Positions 1 to 12,400 of a DNA stretch of 64,000 nucleotides are shown in pieces. The notes under the pieces were generated by a model that saw only the letters and a list, made by a program, of their open reading frames with translations, was not told where the DNA came from and searched no databases. Source of the stretch: Hormiphora californensis (taxonomy: Eukaryota > Animalia > Ctenophora). The stretch lies in the NCBI GenBank assembly GCA_020137815.1, contig CM035361.1, forward strand, positions 5,642,001-5,706,000, read 5' to 3'. The position numbers were made by a program, and so were the translations under genes. The first letter of the stretch is position 1. Each line of letters begins with the position of its first letter.

Positions 1-20
1 CCGTGATCGTTATCCGTAAC

Positions 21-901
21 TAACGTGTTGGGCATAAAAAATGTCCCCCCTAGACTAGCATAGTTCCAGATATCGTAGAGCTCTAAAATTTTACACAGTT
101 ACTCTATGGGACAAATAAATAGGTTCCACAAAATTTAAAACTTTTAGCTCAAAGTTCATTTTTTTGATCGGAATGAACATTATCACTTATTCCAAAAAAC
201 ATGATTTTTCGGTCCAAAAGTTCAGCAATTGTCTTTGGCTCTCAATTTTCTTTCAAATGCGACCAAAAAAAGCCAAAACGGCCAACCACAAGGCACACAG
301 TGGTCATGTTTCTGACTGTTAGTCAGGTCATGTGATCCCCACCGAATCGTGTAAGTTATTCTGAATTGCTAATCAGGATTAGTTGTGGAGAATCACGTAT
401 CACAGCCGCTAATGAGGGATGACGATGATGATTGGCCATGAGATCCGAAGCTCATTAACAAGTCACCTCTTTACCCAAGTGCTCCCGAATCACATGTCGC
501 TTCTTCGATACACATCCCTCATTAGCGACTGTGATACGTGATTCTTCCCCACTAAGCCTGATTAGCAATTCACGATTCGGTGGGGATCACATGACCTGAC
601 TAACAGTCAGAAACATGACCACTGTGTGCCTTGTGGTTGTCCGTTTTGGCTTTTCTTGGTCGCATTTGAAAGAAAATTGAAAGCCAAAGACAATTGCTTG
701 ACTTTTGGACCTAAAAATCATGTTTTTTGGAATGAGTGATAATGTTCATTCCGATCAAAAAAATGAACTTTGAGCTTAAAGTCTGAAATTTTGTGGAACC
801 TATTTATTTGTCCCATAGAGTTACTGTGTAAAATTTTAGAGCTCTACGATATCTGGAACTATGCTAGTCTAGGGGGGACACTTTTTATGCCCAACACGTT
901 A
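21..901. mobile_element. ~880-bp foldback (long inverted repeat) non-autonomous element
   Basis: taacgtgttgggcataaaaa... at 21 is the reverse complement of ...tttttatgcccaacacgtta ending at 901. The ~400-bp arms match with scattered mismatches around a ~100-bp spacer. No coding capacity. Confidence 0.85.
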
Positions 902-1183
902 ATAATCAAAATCAGAGAATAATCGTGGAGAACCAATCGCGGATATCAATCGCTGATAACTAATAATTAATAGTAATCGCGGATAACTAACCACGACAAC
1001 TCATCGCGAATGAGTAATATGATAGTTACCAATCGCGGATAGCTAATCGCAAATATAGCTAATCGCGATAGCTAATCGCGATAATTAATCGCGATAATAC
1101 TTATAACAGATTCGTGATCAGTTATCTGCGATTGGTTGTCCGCGATTACTATCATATTTGTTATTCGGAATTGATATCCGAGA

Positions 1184-1251
1184 TACTAGATGACATGAAT
1201 TTTTTAATACAAGCTGCAGCTTGTATTAAAAAATGCATACATCATCTAGTA
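1184..1251. repeat. 68-bp palindrome with TA|CTAG...CTAG|TA ends
   Basis: tactagatga...ttttttaatacaagctgcagcttgtattaaaaaa...tcatctagta is self-complementary. Confidence 0.7.
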
Positions 1252-1266
1252 TAACAAAATGCCTGA

Positions 1267-1711
1267 TACTAGATCCAAAAACCAAACAAGTTTGGTGGAT
1301 AGCCGGGGCCGCAGAAATTTAAAAACGTGCGAAAGTTTTGATACATGAACTTTCGGGGCCTGGGGTGCTGTTAAATTCGCGTTTCCATGATAGTCAGCCG
1401 TTCTTTCAAAACACACTATTATTCTGTAAAACAGACTCTGAAACGATCCACTGCGTGCAGTATATTATACGTGATATGTGTGGAGCTATTTGTATGATAA
1501 TGTGGAATCAAAAATAGTTATAGTGATAGCTTGCAATCATTGCGATAGTTTTCCTGGCGTATAGTTTGAAAATGTTGCTGGTTATAATCATGGAAACGCG
1601 AATTTAACAGCACCCCAGGCCCCGAAAGTTCATGTATCAAAACTTTCGCACGTTTTTAAATTTCTGCGGCCCCGGCTATCCACCAAACTTGTTTGGTTTT
1701 TGGATCTAGTA
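1267..1711. mobile_element. MITE with ~120-bp TIRs (CTAG-atccaaaaaccaa terminus family)
   Basis: tactagatccaaaaaccaaacaagtttggtgg...cgcgtttccatgat is mirrored by atcatggaaacgcg...tttttggatctagta. TA flanks both ends. Confidence 0.85.
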
Positions 1712-3618
1712 TGCAACCATATAAAAGGTACTGAAAACCACTACTAGTGGTTGGGATGTAATAGCCGAGTATATATGAGAGCTAAGTGGTCCCTCGGTTA
1801 CAGGCAATGTTAACGGGGGCGACGCAGGACGCTTAGACGGTCCCTGTCATATGACCACCCAACCTTTTAATCTCGTATAATATCCGAATGAACTTGCATG
1901 ACATGTGGGCAATAGCGATCCTACTATATCTTGCCAGTACCTCAACCCTATACCCAGCCGGAGAATAGCTAAATTGAGTTTGTGTGTGTGTGTTTACTCA
2001 TTACCTCCCGGTGCTCCTACCCCCTCTACTAATATTGCTGGAAGTACCAAAAGGTCAGACCAATTTGGAATTTAAGAGCTGGTACAGTTTGACATATTCT
2101 TAACATCCATATATATTCGTCTTTATGAGTATGTCTTTGTCTCTCCGTCTTTGTCTCCCTGGAGGTTTAGGTTCAATTACCCGAAGCAATTGCTATTAAT
2201 TGTCTAATAATAGACCACGACTCGCCCACATCTTAACACATATTATACCAGCATAATACAGATATACAGTTACCATAGTAACAGTAAAATTTGGCATTCA
2301 AGTGTGAAAAAGAGGGTTATCAACCGAATGGTTGCGCTTATAGTATTATAAATTTATGTAGGATCTGGGAGATAGGGAGACTGATCGGGGAGTAAATTAC
2401 ATGATTTTTTGATGAGTTTCCTTAATTTAGAGTTAAAGAATGGCCCTACTCCAGGAAGTTGATTATAGTTGATTTGAAAAAATGGGCTAATCGTGGTCAA
2501 ACCGAAGATTGAGTAAATAACGAAAAATCGGGGGGAGACCGAGAAATTTTATTTTCAATTTCAACTCTCTATCTTTATAGAGAGAGAGAGAGAACTCTTT
2601 TGTCACGCGTGATTGTGTGATGAGTAATAATAAAAGAAAAGTGGCCCTCCATTTTGAAATATTTTCATATTTCCCCAGCCCCAATTACGAGGGTATGAAT
2701 ACTGCACGTGCATGTTGATTGTTGCGTGTTCCTGCACGGTGCTTTATGCATAAAACCACAATTGATACTGATGAGCTAGCCCCTGCTAGCGAAACAATTG
2801 TCTTCCTCTAAACTCTTGTTTTGTTTTGTAAAACCATAATTATGGTGATTTGCCATCTACTGCTTCGCCCCCCCCCCCCCATGATTGCCAAAGCTTTTCT
2901 ACCTACGTTTCCTTCGAAGTCGTCTTATCCGTTTGTTTAGTGCTTTGGGGGACCACATAATATACAGCACTCCATGCCAGTAACGTCGCACCACATACTG
3001 TCGGTCCAAACTTCAGTACGGTGCTGTCTGTGGTCCCCCTAAGCAACACTGCTCCTTCATAAAACATTTTTATGCACACGATCAGTTCAATACAGATACA
3101 ATTCGTATTATCAGATCCGTGATTATCTAATACATATCTATTTATCCTTAACAAAAAGCTTGGAAAACAAAGATAGGAATGCTCTAGGGCTGCAACTTGT
3201 AGCATGATATTTCATCAAAGAGATTTAAAGAGATTTAAAGAGGTTCTTGTGATTTATTGTTGACCAATTATAGAGGTAGAGAATAATATATTTTGGAACT
3301 TGATTGTTCCATGGAGGGTCTAAGTAAGTCAATAAAAATTACTATTGGACTCGTGGTCTCTCAGCAATCAGATTTTAATCTTTTATATATAAATCTCTGC
3401 GTTGTATGCACTAAAACGTATAAATAGTGGCACTTGCAGCCTACCATTCACTTTATTCATTCCGCAACTCTGTTAAGCTGATTAGTTTGTTGGGGCCTCG
3501 AAGATTATTTTCCTTTGTGAATAGACCCATTCCTGCAGGATCCTGTTATACACACCATCTTTTGTAATGTGCTGGCAGTATAACAACACTACATCTCTCC
3601 CTTTCTAGCAGAGCCGAG

Positions 3619-6600
3619 ATGACCCTATTGTGTGCTACACTCTGGTTAGTATATATCACATCATATACCAATACAGCTGAAGCCTTTCATGGTCAACCGT
3701 CAGCCCCTGACAAGGCTGCAATAGTAGTAGTACCAACCGCTCTCACCAACCAACCAACTAACCATACCAATGCAGCTGAAGAACCAACTGCTGATACTAC
3801 AAATATGGCTGACAACCATATTATATATGGACGTGCGGCTGAAAACTCAACGAGTACCAATAACACCACCACCAACACCACTGCTGACTATTTGCCAAGC
3901 AATCCTATGTCCAACTGTACAACTGTTGAAGTCAATGGCTACCTACACGAACAGTGCGGGGTAACAGAATACGGGGAAAATCTATTCAAATGTCCCTGGT
4001 CAGATGAACTTTACAACGTAACAATAATTTATAATAGTTTATATCGTAGCAGTTGCTATGACTTTAAAGTTACAAGCTGGTGTCAAGATGATCCAGGAAC
4101 GTACCAGGCATGTGGGCACGATGGGTGTTCGGTCACCAGGGTGCTGAATGGAACAACTCTCCTTTGTGGAACTTATATGTGTGATTTCTCTAATGGGTTC
4201 TTTTATTCTGGAAACTACATTGAAGAAGAAGATTCATATGCTCGCTGCAATGACATAGATGTTGAGTGTGAAGGAAATTTCAACATGGTGAACTGCACTC
4301 ATACACGCGGCCGCAGCAATGACAGTACAGATTGTGATGGAAGTTTTACTGGTAATGAGTCGTACTGTAACGGTGTGCAGTATGGTGTACATTGTGGGGA
4401 CGAATGGGTGCCTCCCCACAGGATGTGTGATGGCTATTCATATTGTCCCAATAGAGAAGATGAAGTTGGGTGCTTTAATTGGACTACTGCTGACCATACC
4501 ACATGTATTGCTCAGTGGGAGTGGACTGAACAACGTATAATCAAGATAAAGCAAAGTATGCGGTGCTTCCCGCTCCATATCCATCAGTATACAAATACAA
4601 TATGTGCCAATGGGCAGGATCATACCAACTGCAGTGATCCTAATAGAGTCGCAGTTCAGTGTCTATCAGAGGGATACCCAACAAACATTTCCATCTGGAG
4701 ATACTGCAAGGGATATGAAAACCTTTGTGATGATAACTACCATAATGAGTGTATTGATCCTGAATCGGGCTGTAGAATCCACAAGGGACAAAGGTGTGAT
4801 GGACATGTTGATTGTAACTCTGATATAGACGAAACCTACTGCAATCCCACTACCATTAGTTGTTTTCGAAGATTCCAGTCACAGCACGTGGGAAAGAATA
4901 TCTCTCTACCAATACCGTTCGAATGGGTAATGGATGGGCAGCAGGACTGTATCGATGGAACTGATGAAGATGAATCGCAGTGGAAAAAGTGTGGCTCGGA
5001 TTATTTTACCTACTACGAAGACCCCAAATCAGACTGTGAATGGATTCTGTTGTGCCCGTCAGAAAGAAAATCCATACGATTTTCGGAACTTTGTGACAAG
5101 ATTCCCACATGTCTCTTTGAAAATTATCTTTGTGCTGCTGTCATCGATTCGGGTATGGACGATGTTAATAATATCTCTCCAAAATACGACGGACTAAAAA
5201 TACTGCCGCATTGCCTCTCCAAAGGAAACGAGACATACCAATTTTCCAACTGCTCGATCAGAGAACACAAGTTCGGATTCGTACCAACAGTTCTTAATGT
5301 AACGAAGCCTACAATGGTTATTCTACCCAATGAGAAAATCAGCTGTCTAAATCTGTTCGGAGAGAACTATGTCTACGCCGCATGCAACAACATTTGTCTG
5401 GATGCCGACTGCCCACTGATCGATGTACCTGGAGACACTTGCGACAACCGTAGCGACAGTGTCCGGGCCCTCACCTGGGATAACACAGTTACAACTTTGC
5501 TGAAAATCGCAAACAGTTCATCGTATGACCAACAGATTTTTCCCTGTGTCAACAACAAGTGTGTGCAGTACCATCAAGTTTGTGACCTTAAAGACGACTG
5601 TGGGGATGGTTCTGACGAGAACAACTGTGAAAATAATTTCCAGTGTAACTCGAGTGATACTTATCTGAACTTGTCACAAGTGTGCAATGGAGTAGTAAGT
5701 TGTGGAGATTACTCGGATGAGTGCCAGCCTGAATGCCCACCAAACCACTTTAACATCTTCGCTAACGATAACCTCAGGATAGGAAGCTACATCATGGGAA
5801 CCATGTCGACAGTGCTGAACACAGTTTCTCTGGTGAGATCAGGATCGAAACTAACCCACCAAGAAACATATGAAATGTTCCTGAACCAACTTGGCATACT
5901 GTTGGTTAACATTGGAGACTTTTGCTTAGGACTTTATCTCATTGGCGTATCCTACTTTGACCAGATCCACAAGATGTCTGGAGTATATTGTCAGAAACGT
6001 TTCGAATGGTACAGTTCTACGAAGTGCTCTTTTCTTGGAGTTCTCAGCACCACTGGATCTCAACTGTCACTCTTCGCAATGACAATGTTGGCAATAAGTA
6101 GAGTCACCACAGTGGGAAGAATGGTCCTTCACGACTGTGGAACCTGTACATCTGCGGTGAAATTAGGAATCCTAGCAGGAGGCCCAATACTCATAAGTCT
6201 GATGGTTGCATTATCGCCAATATTACCGAACTTTGAAGACTACTTCGTTAACGGCTTGTATTATGAAAACTCGTCGTTGTTTTTGGGAACGATCGATAAG
6301 CCACGGCACTTTGCAGCTTTTAAAGTTTATTTCGGCGAAAACTCCAGTTCTTGGAGTAATGAATCATCTTGGGAAGAGATAAGATCGGCTGTTGCTAAAA
6401 TGTTTTTAAGGGGCTCTAAATCTGAAGGTAAATATAGAAAATCTGATTTATTTCATCAGGCACTTTCCAAGTCCCTAGCTATAGCGTATACAGCAGACAG
6501 TTGACTATCACAATATGATTATTTTCCTTGTCGATTTATAAAGACATGTAACATATCACCTAATTTCATAGCGTCTGCAGCAGACAGTAGACTATCACGA

Positions 6601-7211
6601 TATGATACTTCCCCTTTGTATATTTATAAAAACATGTAACATATCACCCAATTTCAGAGGTTAGACTGAGAGGAGAAACCGTTAACTTCTATGGAAACGA
6701 TGGTGTTTGTATCTTCAAATACTTGGTAAGGACAGATGATCCCCAGTGGGGCTTTTCAACCGCTGTTTTAACGATGAACTGTCTATGTTTCCTATTCATC
6801 GCGATAAGTTACATTCTTATCGGCTACAGAACGAGCAGGTCGGGTAGAACTGCAGGCCGTTTCGGTGGAAACAACAGAGAACTAAACGCGAAAATATTTG
6901 CCATCATCGTAACGGATTTCTTCTGCTGGATCCCTCTGGGGGTGGTGGCTTTCCTACATCTAGCAGAAGAGATCGATGCCACGAGCTGGTATCCATTTTT
7001 CTCAATCCTGATTCTCCCGATAAACTCGGTCATCAATCCCTTCCTGTACGAGTCAAACTTCTACATGGGCCTTGCTAGGTCGGCCATCTCGTTCTTGGTA
7101 GGTTCTGTCAGGAGAATGTGGCTAATCTGCCCCACTCTGAAGACTACTGCAGCACCAATTGCTAATGTCAGAGAAGAAGAGCTAGAGGGCATGGCGGAAA
7201 GTAGCCTATAA
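3619..7211 (+). CDS. LDLa-repeat class A GPCR (GRL101/LGR-like, no LRRs); exons 3619-6427 and 6658-7211, ~1120 aa
   Basis: Signal peptide, Thr-rich stalk, and multiple LDLa repeats (CDGYSYCPNREDE, CDGHVDCNSDIDE, CDLKDDCGDGSDE). TM1-4 lie in ORF 3619. The GT-AG intron 6428-6657 joins in frame to FYGNDGVCIFKYLV...TDFFCWIP...INSVINPFLY (TM5-7, NPxxY). Confidence 0.92.
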
Positions 7212-7620
7212 AACATTGTTGAAAAAGGGCTCACCAAATAGGATTTTCGTACAAACATGTGGTTGATTTGGATCTTATTCTTTGTTGCTAGAAAACTATT
7301 AGTATAATTAGTAACTAGTATGTAATATGATTATGTGTAAAAAACAATTATAGTCAATTATCGGTCGAGTCTAAATTAGGGTCTAAATGATCAGACATGA
7401 TCAGCTGGTGAAATATAACTGTGTGTGATTTTGATATCTTACTCTTTATTATCATAATCGGCAAAATGTAACTGGGTGTTTGATAGCAAAGATTTGTTGT
7501 GAGAAGTTTAGTTTTAAAAAAATTTAAAAAAAGGTAATAAATAGTATTTCTTTGATAACATTTATATTCTATAATTGTAGACGATCTCCCATTAACGGTA
7601 ATATATCATTATACATGGTA

Positions 7621-7795
7621 CAGTCGGACCCCGATTTAACGGCACCCTCGGGGGGAAAGGGTTTTGTCCGTTAAATCGGGGTGTCCGCTAAATCGGGGTC
7701 AAATACTGTACTGATTTTCTATATCGGGGGAAGATTAGGCTGCCGTTAAATCGGGGGGCCCTTAAATCGGGGGCCGTTAAATCGGGGTCCGACTG
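7621..7795. mobile_element. Tc1/mariner-pogo-type MITE (CAGTCGGACCCCGATT TIR, TA TSD)
   Basis: ta|cagtcggaccccgattt...aaatcggggtccgactg|ta, with internal aaatcgggg subrepeats. Confidence 0.9.
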
Positions 7796-8634
7796 TAGTA
7801 TGCTGTTATTTCAGCTGGACAAAACAGTTTATCAACTGCAGCTGCACAGCTGCATCGATGCGATGATATAATAGGGTGCAATGATGCAAGGGATGCGATG
7901 ATATAATAGGGTCAGGGCGATGTCGAAATCAGGATAGCGGTCATGCATCGCACTTACAGTGTGCAAGTGTAACCACATTAACTGTATAACGACATATTAT
8001 CGTCCATTATTGATTTTTCTTGGCAACCTTATAGGCCCTGTAGGATTCCCTTGCTCTTTGTGGCATATCACACCAAATGGAATTTTGCACACGAAATCCC
8101 AGCAGAGTAAAATCAGGCGGCGCGGAACGCTCTACGCGGTGTGACATTTTCCGGCAGGATTCGGGTAAAATGGTTGCAAGCGCGACCACCACGCGCCCGA
8201 CACGGCCGGTACAGTTTCTTGTACTTGTAGAGCGTTGGGCGCAATTTTCCAGCAACTATAGTGTGATTTACCTCTGCTGAAAATCCGTGCGCGAAATTTC
8301 ATTTGGTATGATTTGCCTGTCAGGCCAATGCTCTGACCACAGTTCTCGCGTGCTCTGCGAGAGAAACGATCGAATGGGTCAGGCCAATGCTCTGACAGTG
8401 ATTTGCCCCCTTCCACGATCCATGCCCTCTTTTATAAATGCAAAGAACAATGAACATGACAACCATAGGGGCTTGTGTGAGGGGAGGCGTGCGAACAGAG
8501 GGGCACGACGTGCCCAAACCTTTCTCAATTCTCATACCAGACCAATTGGTTTCAACCGATATCCGGAGCCGTTTATATAGCAACTCAGCCAAAATCCTGA
8601 ATCCCGATGACGAGAATGGTCCCTGCAACACATA

Positions 8635-8775
8635 CAGTCGAACCCTGATTTACCGTGAACTCGCGAGGAAAGGGTTTTGCCCGGTAAATCGGGAATCCCG
8701 GGATTCAGGATTTTGGCCCGATTCGGGATGTCTGGTATACATCATCATGTCCGCGGTAAATCGGGGTTCGAATGT
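8635..8775. mobile_element. Diverged relative of the CAGTCGGACCCC MITE
   Basis: ta|cagtcgaaccctgatttacc...gtaaatcggggttcgaatg, with the shared gaaagggttttgcccggtaaatcggg motif. Confidence 0.7.
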
Positions 8776-9446
8776 TCGACAATTCAAAACAAGTTAGATA
8801 AGTTTCTGCTTTAACTGAAAGTGAATGGTACACAACTACAATTTACAAATACAGAACTATAACTACAACTCAACTAAAACTCTAAATTAGTACAATAATA
8901 CTATGATCTAATATCTATTAGTATGATATCATTACTGACAGTGACAGCATTACGAATTACTCCCATTACACAACTTCATTTTCACAGAATTACCGTAGTA
9001 GGATTCCTATTGTAGGAACATATATTATTTTAACGCATTACATATCACTTGCAGCTGACCCTTGGCATTAGTATTACATTCACAATCGTTGTACAAATTC
9101 CTTCACCATCAGCTGTACAGTTGCTTTGCTTGTCTCAGCCTAATCAACACAGATTCTACTACAACATTCAACTTAAAATATCCCCAACTTCTAAAAAATA
9201 TCCCCTTCCTTTATACAAAATCCACTACAAATAAAATATCACTTTCTGTACACAGTACACATGTGCATTATTCAGTCCATGTTTCGTGTGTGATGGTGTT
9301 TTGTACCACAGACCCATCACACCGTTCAATGAACTAATCAACTAATTAGCGAGTAATTATCTCCAACTAATTAGCGAGTTATTATCTCCAATGTTGTATC
9401 ATCTCCGCACTACAAGGCTCTTCCAGCTTTAGATGACGGCTCTTTC

Positions 9447-12400
9447 TTATCTGTTTACATCTTCAATAGTTAACTCCTGATCCACTGATTCTGTGGGGGG
9501 GGGGGGGGGGGGGGGGGGGGGAGTTGATTGGTAATGTTTTGCCTTGTTTGAACAAAACAAGTAATGTTACTGTTTAGTAAGGTGATAAACCAGGAACACC
9601 AGAAAAAAATTTGTTACAAAGGATTTCCACCTCAAATGTACTCCTAAGGGTCCCCTCTATCGATTCCAACCAATGCTCATATTTGCTCAGGGGTGCTAAG
9701 GCCTCATTTCCGGGTGGGCGTGGTACCTGTTTTTTCAGCCTGAGGCCAAAACCATAAATACCCTTAAAATAGGAGTAGAGACAAAACTGAGGGCACTAAA
9801 ATGATCAGCGTCCTCGAATTAGTGGGGGTAGGTGCTGAAATTCAGTCTCTATCTCATCTGGTTAATTAGATAATTGGATAATTAGTTTTGCGCATAACCG
9901 TTTTTAGGTTACATGGCTATAGCCACTTAGGAATGGTTAAGAGACTTTTCATTGGTGCCATTTTGTAGGCAAAGCGAAATTATGGGGGGTCGAAGTCGGA
10001 CTTTTAAGCTCTATCTTCAACCGTTTAGCCGTTATTTGGCTTTAACGGTGTTCAAAATTGGGCTTTTTACCGTATTTTGCTCATTTTGAACACCGTTAAA
10101 GCCAAATAACGGCTAAACGGTTGAAGATAGAGCTTAAAAGTCCGACTTCGACCCCCCATAATTTCGCTTTGCCTACAAAATGGCACCAATGAAAAGTCTC
10201 TTAACCATTCCTAAGTGGCTATAGCCATGTAACCTAAAAACGGTTATGCGCAAAACTAATTATCCAATTATCTAATTAACCAGATGAGATAGAGACTGAA
10301 TTTCAGCACCTACCCCCACTAATTCGAGGACGCTGATCATTTTAGTGCCCTCAGTTTTGTCTCTACTCCTATTTTAAGGGTATTTATGGTTTTGGCCTCA
10401 GGCTGAAAAAACAGGTACCACGCCCACCCGGAAATGAGGCCTTAGCACCCCTGAGCAAATATGAGCATTGGTTGGAATCGATAGAGGGGACCCTTAGGAG
10501 TACGTTTCAGGTGGAAATCCTTTGTAACAAATTTTTTTCTGGTTGGGGCTAAAATCTTAGTTAAATCCCCTTACTAGTTAGTTATAATTGCATTATAATT
10601 GAACCTTCCATTATCCTCTCTCTATCTGTTTCATAATTTATAAGTAGTGGAAATAAATTTGAATCATGTGGTACACAAATCATAATTCCAGAAGTAATCA
10701 AAGATCATAAGACAGCATCAAACGTGCTGGGCTGTCTGGCGCCGCGACCCATCTGAGCGCACTGTCAAATGGGGTTTGGCGCCGCCATACAGGTGCTGGG
10801 TACAATTATCGCTATTTGCCAGATAAATGTCAGCTATAATAATATTCAAGTTGAATGTCAGCTACCTGGTGCAGTAGTTGTGGGGTGAAGGCAAGTTATT
10901 CGTCCACATACGACAGGGGCGAAGGTCTGAATGTGGGCCTCAACAATCTCATGATTCTTCCTGAAACAGAATGAAGGGGTTTTAGAGGACTGGAGGGGTG
11001 CCGGGTGGGTGAAAAGGGCGGGATCTGGAGGGGTGGGTGAAAAGGGTTGGGGTTTTAGAGGAGTAAAGTTGTAGAGCTCATGAAAGATATCACAAGCTCG
11101 CTAACTGTTATTACAGACAGTATACTATACAGTACTTAAAACCCCATTATACGGCACAATACCGTAATGGGGTATTATATTATTATAACATGCAAACTAA
11201 CAGAAGGAAACAGTGCTACAAGTAGGGTACAAAAGGGACTAAAACGTTATCATGCAAATATAGTAAAACATCACGGTTCATGCATTACAATATGCTAAAT
11301 ACTATAGTTGAGTTACGATCAACAACTAACTTCATGCACCACTGCAATATGCACTAAATACTAGTTGAGTAACTCAACAACTAACTACATGCACTACAAT
11401 ATGCACTAAATACTAGTTGAGTAATACTCAACAACTAACTTCATGCACTACTTCATGCTAAATCACTGCACTGGCAAGTGCCCCGGGGCCCATCCACCCC
11501 CCCCCCCTTTCCAAGAAAGAAAGAAAAATGCGAGGGGCCGACAGGCCCCGAAGCTAGAGAGAGAGAATGAGTGTGTTTGAAGTAGGTACACTAGGGGAAA
11601 GAAGCCTCTAAAGTGCACACTCTCCCTTTCACTTCTACAGTGCAGTACCATACGAACGCGACGAGACCGGATTTCAGGATCAAATTACACAAGCATGCAG
11701 TTGAACTAGAGTTATGAAACTTGGTATCCAGCTTTCCTTTTACTATCACTGCTGGAATCCAAAGTTACAAACTGATTGGACCTAAGATGCCGAAACGGTA
11801 GTGGTGTCAAATCCGGGTATAAAAGTGTCGTCTATATATATATAGATATACCACCAAAATCCCGGGAGCTTAGCTCTTGAAAACGATTAAAGCTTCAAAG
11901 TTGAAATTTTGTGGAGTCATAGTCCTCGATAGGGTGCGTGTAATAGGATATTTTTCGTTTCATACAACCTTAATTAAGACCTAATTATGCCCTAATTAAA
12001 TATGCATTTCCCACCTATCTCCGGACTGGGTGGTCGGAGAGACTTTTTTATAGCTTATCCGAACCGGAAACGTCGATTTATGGGGGGTCGTTCCCCGAAC
12101 AAAAAGTCGTATCTCGCACCCTTCTGGATTTATTCACATTTATGATTTTATGCATATCTTGAATATCTTTCAACTGGCTGATGTTAGGGACATGAAACAT
12201 GTCTAATTCGACGCAGAATGGTCGATTTATAGGGGGTCGTTCCCCGAACAAAAAGTCGTATCTCGCACCCTTCTTAATTTATGCACATATTTATGATTTA
12301 ATACAATCATTCGCTGAATGACTGATACTAGAAACTTTGAATTGGTGTTTGACGTAAAAAGATCGAAGTATATGCAGCAGATTTACCAAAAAAGAGAAAC

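Noticed and set aside
2903-3205. 100-aa minus-strand ORF divergent from the GPCR
   Set aside because: No recognisable motif, and I could not link it in phase to another exon.
7959-8631. Overlapping short ORFs in a GC-richer patch
   Set aside because: No domain similarity or splice structure recognised; probably a decayed repeat.
9495-9521. Poly-G run as a regulatory G-quadruplex
   Set aside because: On the transcribed strand it is simply the poly-C pyrimidine tract of the last nucleotidase acceptor.
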